Assembly (NCBI GenBank): GCA_039584325.1
Contig: JBDGYA010000004.1
Coordinates: forward strand, 17,669 to 81,668
Reading direction: 5' to 3'
Origin: Gemmatimonadota bacterium
GTDB lineage: Bacteria; Gemmatimonadota; Gemmatimonadetes; Gemmatimonadales; GWC2-71-9
DNA: 64,000 nt
Shown here: positions 43,955 through 51,901 of the stretch, in pieces
Layout of the letters: every line of letters starts with the position of its first letter
How positions within the stretch are numbered: the stretch's first letter is position 1
Program-made: the position numbers and the translations under genes
Notes under the pieces: generated by a model
Told to the model about the DNA's origin: nothing
Database searches by the model: none
Seen by the model: only the letters and a program-made list of their open reading frames with translations

Positions 43955-45043
43955 ATGGAGGCACCTCCGATGGCGGACGTTCCGCGCGATCAGCGGCCAC
44001 GTATCCGGCTGACGAGCCTATCGCATGGCGCTGGTTGAGCGTGCAAGCTCGGCTCGGCCGAGCTGGCGCAGGTTCTGCGCCACTTGCCGCCCGTGGAGGA
44101 CCCCCGCGTGCTGGTCGCCGCACTCTCGCGGGACGACGCCGCCGTGTATCGCATCACGGACGATCGCACGGTCGTCGTGACCGTCGACTTCTTCACCCCG
44201 ATCGTGGACGATGCGTACACCTTTGGCGCCATTACCGCCGCTAATGCCCTGAGCGATGTCTATGCCATGGGCGCAACTCCCCTGTTCGCGCTCAACCTCG
44301 TGGCCTGGCCGAGAGATCCGAACATCCTACCGCTCGTGGAGGACGCCGTCCGGGGCAGCGCGGACAAGATGCGGGAGGCGGGTGGCTTCATCCTCGGAGG
44401 ACACTCGATCGAGGACCGGGAGCCAAAGCTCGGCATGGTGGCGGTGGGCGAGGCGCATCCGGACGCCCTGCTGACCAACGCCGGAGCGCAGGCAGGCGAT
44501 CGACTGGTGCTGACCAAACCGATCGGTACGGGCATCCTCGCCACCGCCCTAAAACGGGAAATCCTCTCCGAAGCGGACATGCAGGATGCAATCCAAAGCA
44601 TGATGGCGCTCAACCGGGCCCCCCTGGCTGCCGTCCGACGCGTGGGCATGGCGGTGCACGCGGCGACCGACGTCACGGGGTTCGGCTTGCTCGGTCACCT
44701 GCAGGAGATGGTGGCTGCCAGCGGCGTTGCCGCGCAGGTGACGGCATCCCGGGTACCCTTCTTTCCGGGTGTGCGCGAGCTCGCGGCAGCCGACACCATT
44801 CCCGGTGGAACGACCCGGAACGTCGATGCCGCCGCCGATTACACGACCTGGCACGAGGACATCGACGGCCTGGTGCGGAGTGTTCTGTGCGACGCCCAAA
44901 CATCGGGTGGCCTCTTACTCTCCGTCGCGGCGCCGGATGCCCAGGACCTGATCGCCGCGCTGGAGCGTGAGGGTACTCCGGCGGCCGCAGACATCGGCGA
45001 GGTCGTCGCAGGGCCGGCAGGCACGATCGAGGTGGTCGCGTGA
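43955..45043 (+). CDS. selD: selenide, water dikinase (selenophosphate synthetase) with in-frame UGA = selenocysteine at 44036-44038
   Basis: ORFs 43640..44038 and 44084..45043 share one frame. Read-through gives RIRLTSLSHGAG-U-ACKLGS, the SelD catalytic loop (E. coli SHGAGCGCK), followed by the AIR-synthase-like SelD body (DDAAVYRI...VTVDFFTPIVDD...NALSDVYAMGA). The start is the ATG at 43955 or at 43970. Confidence 0.85.
44046..44064 (+). promoter_or_regulatory. candidate SECIS hairpin downstream of the selD UGA
   Basis: AGCTCGGC-tcg-GCCGAGCT, a perfect 8-bp stem starting 8 nt after the UGA. This is where bacterial SECIS elements lie. Confidence 0.5.
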
Positions 45044-45651
45044 CACCGCGCCGGGAACCGGATTTCGTGCTGGTGCACGCGGACGAGAGCTGCCTTGGCA
45101 ACGGGCGCGAGGGCGACAATCCCGGCGGCGCAGGATCCCTGCTGGAGGTCGAGACCCCCGACGGTGTCGCGCGCCGCGACGTGTCCATCTCCGCTCCGGC
45201 CACGACGAACAACCGCATGGCCCTCGCCGGTGCCATCGCCACGTTCGCGCTCCTGTCGGCGAAAGGGAGTCGGTTCCGGGTGACCTACGTGTCCGACTCG
45301 ACGTACCTGGTCAAGGGAATGACGGAATGGGTGCCCGGCTGGAGACGCCGCGGCTGGCGGCGCAAAGGTGGCGCGATCGAGAACCTCGAGTTGTGGCAGA
45401 AGCTCGTTCAGGCCGTCGAGGGGCATGTCGTACAGTGGACGTGGGTCCGCGGTCACGCCGGCCACGCGAAGAACGAGTACACCAATCACCTCGCGATCAC
45501 GGCCGCGAGAGAGCAGATCCACTCTCATGGGGCGGTGCCATCGCAATTCGAGGAATGGCTCGCGGCGTGTCAGGCGCGTGGCCAGTTCACCGACTACGAC
45601 CCGGATATCGAGTTCGCCGAGCACGCGACGCACCACTCGGACGGGACATGA
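45040..45651 (+). CDS. ribonuclease HI family protein with an apparently degenerate active site and a C-terminal extension
   Basis: HADESCLGN, TTNNRMAL, YVSDSTYL and WVRGHAGHAKNEYTNHLA align with the E. coli RNase HI motifs TDGSCLGN, TTNNRMEL, STDSQYV and GHAGHPENERCDELA. GTGA overlap with the selD stop. Confidence 0.8.
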   Translation: MTPRREPDFVLVHADESCLGNGREGDNPGGAGSLLEVETPDGVARRDVSISAPATTNNRMALAGAIATFALLSAKGSRFRVTYVSDSTYLVKGMTEWVPGWRRRGWRRKGGAIENLELWQKLVQAVEGHVVQWTWVRGHAGHAKNEYTNHLAITAAREQIHSHGAVPSQFEEWLAACQARGQFTDYDPDIEFAEHATHHSDGT

Positions 45652-46148
45652 CGGAATACAAGGACGGCGTGCCCGCAAACACACACCCGCTCAATGTGCT
45701 GCCGGACGGGGCAGAGTCTCAGCTCGACCGGATCCCCCTATACGAAGTCTACATGCGTATGGCGGAGGAGCTGGCGAAACGCTCCACCTGCGTGCGGCTG
45801 CAGGTGGGAACGGTCGTCACCGATGCACGACTGGAGAATGTGCTCGCCATCGGATACAACGGGAACGCTCGGGGCCTCCCCAACCGCTGCGATTCCGCCG
45901 CCCCGGGGAGCTGCGGCTGCATTCACTCCGAGGTGAACGCGCTGGTGAAGGCGCCCGGGGCACAGCGGGACAAGGTCCTGTTCGTAACGGACAGCCCGTG
46001 CGTGGCGTGCGCCAAGCTGATGATCAACTCGGGCGCCACGCATGTCTTCTACCGCCGACCGTACCGCGATCCGAGCGGAGTCGAGTTGTTGGCAGCCTCC
46101 GGAATCACGCCCGTGCACTACGATCGCTGGGTAGACGCCTGGAGATGA
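45648..46148 (+). CDS. deoxycytidylate (dCMP) deaminase / ComEB-like cytidine-deoxycytidylate deaminase
   Basis: Zinc motifs CIHSEVNAL (H-x-E) and SPCVACAKLM (PCxxC). ATGA overlap with the upstream gene. Confidence 0.85.
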   Translation: MTEYKDGVPANTHPLNVLPDGAESQLDRIPLYEVYMRMAEELAKRSTCVRLQVGTVVTDARLENVLAIGYNGNARGLPNRCDSAAPGSCGCIHSEVNALVKAPGAQRDKVLFVTDSPCVACAKLMINSGATHVFYRRPYRDPSGVELLAASGITPVHYDRWVDAWR

Positions 46149-46900
46149 ATCCGACCATGAACGATGTCGATCGACTGTTCCAGTATCTCGTGAGCCACCT
46201 GGCCAAGGACGCCCCAGACTATCTCGAGCGTCCGTTTCAGGTCTCGGAGCTGTACCAGCGGCTGATTCCCTATCGCTATCACCGGGACGGGCTGGGCTTC
46301 GATACGATCGAGGACTACGATGCAGCGATTCTCCGGCTACTCGCCGGCGAACGTGGCTACGCGACGGTCGAGCCTGAGGACGCCCAGCGTGCGATGGCGG
46401 AGGAGATCACCTTGCCCAATCCGACGCCAGGCGCCTTTCGCGAGTATGCCGCGGCGACGATGACGCTCAGGCGCGAGGCCGTCCAGCGCTGCGTGGCACC
46501 GGAGGTCGCGTATGCCCCCCCAGGTTCCGAGCCGACCGCCTCGCCGTTCGCCCGGCCGGCCGAGCAAGACTCCGCCCCCGCGCACCCCGAACCGACCACA
46601 CCTCCCGCGCCTACACTAGCAGGGTCCCCATCAACACCACCTCCTCCAGTGACCGCGCTGCCCACGGATCCGACGTTACCCATGGCAGACGTGGGATCGT
46701 CCATGCCGCTGCCCTTCGAGCACGTCGAGGGTACCGCGGACTGCCCGGGGTGTGGCGAGCTGTTACCGGTCGACCGCGACGTGAGGTTCTGCCCGTTCTG
46801 CGGGCTGCGCATCGGTGTGGCCCCATGCCGGCAGTGCGGAGAGCCGTTGCAGCCCGATTGGCGCTTCTGCGTCGCGTGCGGTCGACCACACGATGCCTGA
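46145..46900 (+). CDS. double zinc-ribbon protein with unknown N-terminal domain
   Basis: An N-terminal globular part of about 110 aa, a Pro-rich linker, and the C-terminus CPGCGELLPVDRDVRFCPFCGLRIGVAPCRQCGEPLQPDWRFCVACG (four CxxC pairs). ATGA overlap with the upstream gene. Confidence 0.6.
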   Translation: MNPTMNDVDRLFQYLVSHLAKDAPDYLERPFQVSELYQRLIPYRYHRDGLGFDTIEDYDAAILRLLAGERGYATVEPEDAQRAMAEEITLPNPTPGAFREYAAATMTLRREAVQRCVAPEVAYAPPGSEPTASPFARPAEQDSAPAHPEPTTPPAPTLAGSPSTPPPPVTALPTDPTLPMADVGSSMPLPFEHVEGTADCPGCGELLPVDRDVRFCPFCGLRIGVAPCRQCGEPLQPDWRFCVACGRPHDA

Positions 46901-47999
46901 GCCGGTTCGACACCGGCACCGGGTTGCACTGATTCCGGGCGACGGTATCGGGCCCGAGGTCGTCGACGCTGCCGCTCCAGTCATCGCGGCGGCCGCAGCC
47001 CTCGATGGTGCCGAGCTCGTGTTCGAGCACCTCCCCTACGGTGCCGAGCACTTTCTCACCACAGGCGAGACGCTGCCCGACGAGGCCTGCGCGCATCTCC
47101 GTGATGACGTGGACGCGATCCTGGTCGGCGCACTGGGGGACCCGCGTGTGCCTGGGAACGAGCATGCCCGTGACATTCTGCTGGGCCTGCGCTTCCGGCT
47201 CGATCTCTACGTCAACTTCCGGCCGTGCCGCCTGCTCCATCCTGATCTGTGCCCGTTACGCCCACCCGAGTCCGCGAATGCCCCCAGGACCGCGGCGACG
47301 CCGGGCAGGCAAATCGAATTCGTGATCTTCCGGGAGAACACGGAGGGTGCCTACCTTGGCAAGGGCACGTCCGAGCATGTCGGGACGGCATCCGAAATCC
47401 AGATCGCCCACGAAGTACACACCGCCCCGGGCGTCCGACGCATTCTGCTGGCGGCCCTGGAGTGGGCGCGACGGCACGGGTGCTCTCGCGTGACGATGGC
47501 GGACAAGTCAAATGCGGTACCGGCACATCGACTCTGGCGCCGGCTGTTCGAGGAAGTCGGCGGGTCATTCCCGGACATCGAGCGCGAGCATCGGTATGTG
47601 GATGCCCTCGCCATGGAATTGGTGCGCGCCCCCGAGCGATTCCAGGTCATCGTGACCAGCAACCTGTTCGGAGACATCCTCTCGGACCTGGGGGCGGAGC
47701 TCGTCGGCGGGCTGGGGCTCGCCGCCAGCGCGAACCTGCATCCCGGTAAGGTGAGCCTGTTTGAGCCCGTCCACGGTTCCGCACCGCCTCTGGCGGGCAA
47801 GGGAGTCGCCAACCCGCTCGCGACGATCCTCACCGGTGCGCTGATGCTGGATCACCTCGGGCTTTCCCGCGGGGCGGACGCCATTGACGCCGCCGTGCGC
47901 GACGCCTTGCAGGCCGGAACGACGACGCCGGACCTTGGAGGAGCACTCTCCACCGCCGACGCGGCCTGGCATATCGGGGAACGTCTTCCCGACGCCTGA
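46893..47999 (+). CDS. isocitrate/isopropylmalate dehydrogenase family protein (3-isopropylmalate / tartrate / D-malate dehydrogenase-like)
   Basis: VALIPGDGIGPEVV, YVNFRPCR and SNLFGDILSDLGAELVGGLGLAASANL. 8-nt overlap with the upstream gene. Confidence 0.85.
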   Translation: MPEPVRHRHRVALIPGDGIGPEVVDAAAPVIAAAAALDGAELVFEHLPYGAEHFLTTGETLPDEACAHLRDDVDAILVGALGDPRVPGNEHARDILLGLRFRLDLYVNFRPCRLLHPDLCPLRPPESANAPRTAATPGRQIEFVIFRENTEGAYLGKGTSEHVGTASEIQIAHEVHTAPGVRRILLAALEWARRHGCSRVTMADKSNAVPAHRLWRRLFEEVGGSFPDIEREHRYVDALAMELVRAPERFQVIVTSNLFGDILSDLGAELVGGLGLAASANLHPGKVSLFEPVHGSAPPLAGKGVANPLATILTGALMLDHLGLSRGADAIDAAVRDALQAGTTTPDLGGALSTADAAWHIGERLPDA

Positions 48000-48210
48000 C
48001 CGAGACCTGCGGTGCAAAGAGCGGTGGGGGCTCCGCCGGCAGCAGCACTGGATACATGTTGCGCCTCACCGCCATACTTTACGGTGAGTGGGCGATCCGC
48101 GGGCTGCGGTCCGCTGCAGACCCGCATGACTCGGCGGGAGATCGACCTGCACCCGAGGGTGCATGACCAGCCGATCGACCGCGGATCGGGCCGGACTCCA
48201 GGTGAGGACG

Positions 48211-49038
48211 ATGAACGATCTCGTTCCCGACACGACGCGTATCGACCGGAACGCGCTCGAGCGGATCATCCAGCGTGCCGCGGAGCTCCAGGCAGGGGAA
48301 CGCGATATTGGGGACGGGCTCACCGAAGCGGAGCTGATGCATCTCGGCCGGGACGTCGGTATCCCCGTCCGGTACCTGCAGCAAGCCCTGGTGGAGGAGC
48401 GCACCCACTCGGTGATGCAGACCGAGCCGGGCCTGGCGTCGTGGCTCAGCGGCCCACGGTACGTCGTCGCTCAACGATCCGTGCCTGGCACGTGCGAGCG
48501 TGTGCACGCCGCGCTCGGCCGGTGGATGACCGAGAGTGAACTGCTCACCGTCAAGCGGCGCTTTCCCAACCGAACGTCGTGGGAACCCCGGCGTGACATG
48601 TTCTCGTCGATCAGACGTGAGTTCAACGTCGGGGGCCGCGCCTACCGGCTTGCGCGTGCACGTGAGATCGTCGGCCAGGTTTCTCCCCTCGAGGGAGGGC
48701 GCTGTCACGTCCAGCTTCTGGCGGATCTGTCCAATACCCGGCGATCGTACCTGAGCGGCGCAGCCACACTGGCGGGGAGCGGTGCCATCGCCACTACGAT
48801 CGGCCTCACGCTGGGCGTCATGGTGCCCGTGGCACTCCTCCCGGTGGGCATCGGCTTGGCGGCCGGGACCGTACTTGCCCGGAGACGGATGAGCAAGGTC
48901 GAGCAGATGCACGTGAGTTTGGAACAAGTGTTGGACCGCCTGGAGCACGGTGAGATCGATCTGGCCGACGGCGAGGCGAAGTCCGGCGGCACGATCGAGC
49001 GTCTCGCCGGAGAGATCCGTCGGAACCTGGGTTTCTAG
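48211..49038 (+). CDS. hypothetical membrane protein
   Basis: The ATG at 48211 is preceded by GGTGAGGA. Soluble N-terminal domain, then two hydrophobic helices (AATLAGSGAIATTIGLTLGVMVPVALLPVGIGLAAGTVLA). No family recognised. Confidence 0.5.
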   Translation: MNDLVPDTTRIDRNALERIIQRAAELQAGERDIGDGLTEAELMHLGRDVGIPVRYLQQALVEERTHSVMQTEPGLASWLSGPRYVVAQRSVPGTCERVHAALGRWMTESELLTVKRRFPNRTSWEPRRDMFSSIRREFNVGGRAYRLARAREIVGQVSPLEGGRCHVQLLADLSNTRRSYLSGAATLAGSGAIATTIGLTLGVMVPVALLPVGIGLAAGTVLARRRMSKVEQMHVSLEQVLDRLEHGEIDLADGEAKSGGTIERLAGEIRRNLGF

Positions 49039-49051
49039 GGCTGAGGACACC

Positions 49052-49606
49052 ATGAGAGTCAGCACCCACGGCAGCCGGACCGCACTTTGGCGCGCTCCGG
49101 CTCGGCATCCAGGTGCACCCTACCGGTACGGAGCAGCGGGCGTGGTGTTGCTTGGCGCGATCGCACTGACGAGTGCCTGTGGTTCGATCGGCGCCCGGCC
49201 CTACCTCGTGCCGCTCGCCGGAGCCGAGATCGACACCCTCAATGCCGAGCCGCACGTCGTGATCACCACGCTGCAGGACCTGGTCGTGGGTGAGGGACTC
49301 ACCGTCCGGGTGTCCAGCCCGCCGGAGGGCTATCTCGAGACTGACTGGTACGACACGGTCACGCAGACCCCTGGGGGCGGGTCGAGCCTCGACCCCCGAC
49401 GAGCGGTACGGCTGCGGTTCTTCGCCGACCGGCTCGGAGAGGACCGCACGAGACTGGCGTCGGAGGTCGTCATGCGCCGGGCCGTCGACCCGTCGCTGCC
49501 CGAGCGGGAAAACGAGATCATCGCACCGCCGGGGCATCCGGGAGCCGAGTTGCTCAACCGGATTCTGGCAGTGACGCGGGAGTCGCTGGGCTCCGGACCA
49601 ACGTGA
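49052..49606 (+). CDS. hypothetical lipoprotein
   Basis: Signal peptide with lipobox LTSAC. No family recognised. Its stop overlaps the next gene (GTGA). Confidence 0.5.
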   Translation: MRVSTHGSRTALWRAPARHPGAPYRYGAAGVVLLGAIALTSACGSIGARPYLVPLAGAEIDTLNAEPHVVITTLQDLVVGEGLTVRVSSPPEGYLETDWYDTVTQTPGGGSSLDPRRAVRLRFFADRLGEDRTRLASEVVMRRAVDPSLPERENEIIAPPGHPGAELLNRILAVTRESLGSGPT

Positions 49607-50820
49607 TTGACGCTACCTTCCCACCCGATTCGACACATCGCGTCCACGACAGGACGTGGGACGTCGTGGTCATCGGAGCCGGTCCGGCTGGTACCACGGT
49701 AGCGCGGATCCTCGCGGAGCGTGGGCACGCGACGCTCCTGCTCGACCGTCACCTGTTTCCGCGGGAGAAGGTCTGCGGCGACGCACTCATTCCCGATGCC
49801 GTCGACGCCCTCCGACGAGCGGGGCTGCTAGACACCGTCGAGGCCGAAGGGTATGGGAGCGATCGACTCTCGGTCTTCAGCCCCTCGGCGGTGCGTGTCG
49901 ATCTTTCCGGTCACTTCCTGACGCTGCGGCGCCGACGGCTCGACCATCTACTGCTGGAAGCCGCGCGTCGGCAGGGAGCCCGATTCCTCGCTGCGAAGGC
50001 GACAGCGATCACGTCGACCGCGCGGCAGGTCACAGTACGACTCGCAGGATGCGCTGATGCCGTCCGCGCCAGGTACGCCGTACTCGCGACCGGGACGGAC
50101 ACCAGACTTCGCGCGACCCCTCCCACTCCACCCGCGGCAAGCGCGGTTGCGTTACGCTGCTACGTCGCATCGCCGATCGAGATCCCTCAGCTGGTGATCT
50201 CCTTCGACCAGTCCGTGCTCCCCGGATACGCATGGGTGTTCCCGCTCGGTAAGGGCTGGTACAACATCGGTTGCGGTGTGTTTCGTCGCGACCGAAGGCA
50301 GGGCCAGCGTAACCTGCGGCAGGTCTTCCAGGCGTTCACTGCGGACTTCCCCATAGCGCGCAGCATCTGGGCGCGGCGCTCGGATGCGACACCGCTGGCA
50401 GGCGCGCGACTACTCTGTGGCCTCGAGCCGGGTGCGGCGTACGATGGCTGCCGGACTGTTGCCGTCGGTGAGACGATCGCTGCGACGTTCCCGTTCACCG
50501 GCGAAGGGATCGGGAAGGCGATGCAGACCGGTGAGCTCGCCGCGGAGGCCATCGATACTGCCCTCGAGTCCGACGATTCCGCGTCCCTCGCCAGCTACCC
50601 ATCGCTGCTCGAGCGCCGGCTGGAACCACGGTACACCGGCTACCGGGTGGCCGAGCGGTGGGTCCAATGGCCTCGCGTTACCGATTTCGTGGCCCGTCGC
50701 GTCGCGCGCAGCGAGCGCCTGCGTCATGCCGCCGCCGGTGTCCTGAGTGAGACCGCAGACCCACGCCAGGTCTTTTCTGCGCGCGCACTGGTCCCCGCCC
50801 TGCTGCCCTGGCGTTCCTGA
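49603..50820 (+). CDS. geranylgeranyl reductase family FAD-dependent oxidoreductase
   Basis: FAD fingerprint WDVVVIGAGPAGTTVARILAERGHATLLLDR followed by REKVCGDALIP, typical of the family. Confidence 0.8.
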   Translation: MIDATFPPDSTHRVHDRTWDVVVIGAGPAGTTVARILAERGHATLLLDRHLFPREKVCGDALIPDAVDALRRAGLLDTVEAEGYGSDRLSVFSPSAVRVDLSGHFLTLRRRRLDHLLLEAARRQGARFLAAKATAITSTARQVTVRLAGCADAVRARYAVLATGTDTRLRATPPTPPAASAVALRCYVASPIEIPQLVISFDQSVLPGYAWVFPLGKGWYNIGCGVFRRDRRQGQRNLRQVFQAFTADFPIARSIWARRSDATPLAGARLLCGLEPGAAYDGCRTVAVGETIAATFPFTGEGIGKAMQTGELAAEAIDTALESDDSASLASYPSLLERRLEPRYTGYRVAERWVQWPRVTDFVARRVARSERLRHAAAGVLSETADPRQVFSARALVPALLPWRS

Positions 50821-50829
50821 CAGAACCGC

Positions 50830-51900
50830 ATGTCGCGCACCATGACGACCGCCGCACAGTCGCCCGCCGACGACCGCGCGTTCTGCCATGCGATGCTGCC
50901 CAAGGTGTCCCGCACCTTTGCCATCTGCATTCGCCTGCTGCCCCCGGACCTGGAGCATCCGGTGCTCGTGGCCTACCTCCTGTGTCGTGTCGCCGACACC
51001 ATCGAGGACTCCACCGCCCTCTCGGCCGGGGACAAGGACCGTCTGCTACGGGCATTCGGCACTTCCCTCGACGATGACGGACCGGACGACAGCGGTCTCC
51101 GTGAGGTGTTTGCGTCGGCTGCCACGGATGAGGAGCTTCTCGCACGGAACGCGGAGGCGGTCATACGGGAGTTCCGCCGCTTCGTTCCGGCACAGCGCGC
51201 CGCGATCGCGCCCTGGGTCCAGGAGATGGCTGTGGGGATGGCCGAGTTCGCGGGGAAGAAGCGTGACGGGACGACATCACACATCGAGGCCCTCGCCACC
51301 GTCGAGGAGCTCGACCGCTACTGCTATTACGTGGCCGGGACGGTCGGGCACCTCCTCACGGAGCTGTTTCACCTCCACGCCGGCACGCGGCACCGAGCGC
51401 GGTACCGCACGCTGAAACGGCTCGCCACCAGCTTCGGCCTCGGACTGCAGCTGACGAACATCGTCAAGGACGTGGCGGACGACCGGCGCCGCGGTTGGAG
51501 CTTCGTTCCGCAGGAGCTCTGCCAGCTCGCAGGCATCACCCCGGACGAACTGCACGACGGCCGTCACGGCACAGCGGCACGCCAGGTGATGGTGGCGCTG
51601 ATCGCAAAGGCCAAGAGGCATCTCCTCGATGCGCTGGAGTACACGACGACGCTGCCCCGGCGGGAGTACGGTATCCGACTGTTCTGCCTCACCGCGCTCT
51701 ACTTCGCGGTGCAGACCCTCGAGCTGGCGGAGCGCGACGATCGGCTGCTGGATCCCGAACACAAGGTCAAGATCAGCCGTGCCGACGTTCTGCGCACAAT
51801 CGCCATGGCACGCCTCGTCGCCCCGAGCAACACGCTGGTCCGGTACTACTTCCGCCGCCTGGCCCGTGGTACCTGGGCAGCGGACGACTCCAGCGTCTGA
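50830..51900 (+). CDS. squalene synthase-type farnesyl-diphosphate farnesyltransferase (squalene/phytoene synthase family)
   Basis: KVSRTFAICIRLLPPDLEHPVLVAYLLCRVADTIEDS (a DTxED-type first Asp-rich motif as in eukaryote-like SQS), YCYYVAGTVGHLLTELF, and LQLTNIVKDVADD. Confidence 0.8.
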   Translation: MSRTMTTAAQSPADDRAFCHAMLPKVSRTFAICIRLLPPDLEHPVLVAYLLCRVADTIEDSTALSAGDKDRLLRAFGTSLDDDGPDDSGLREVFASAATDEELLARNAEAVIREFRRFVPAQRAAIAPWVQEMAVGMAEFAGKKRDGTTSHIEALATVEELDRYCYYVAGTVGHLLTELFHLHAGTRHRARYRTLKRLATSFGLGLQLTNIVKDVADDRRRGWSFVPQELCQLAGITPDELHDGRHGTAARQVMVALIAKAKRHLLDALEYTTTLPRREYGIRLFCLTALYFAVQTLELAERDDRLLDPEHKVKISRADVLRTIAMARLVAPSNTLVRYYFRRLARGTWAADDSSV

Positions 51901-51901
51901 A

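Noticed and set aside
44084-45043. Calling selD from the TTG at 44084, as the ORF track implies.
   Set aside because: That start would delete the glycine-rich catalytic loop with the Cys/Sec and Lys residues. The upstream in-frame sequence matches the loop exactly except for the UGA.
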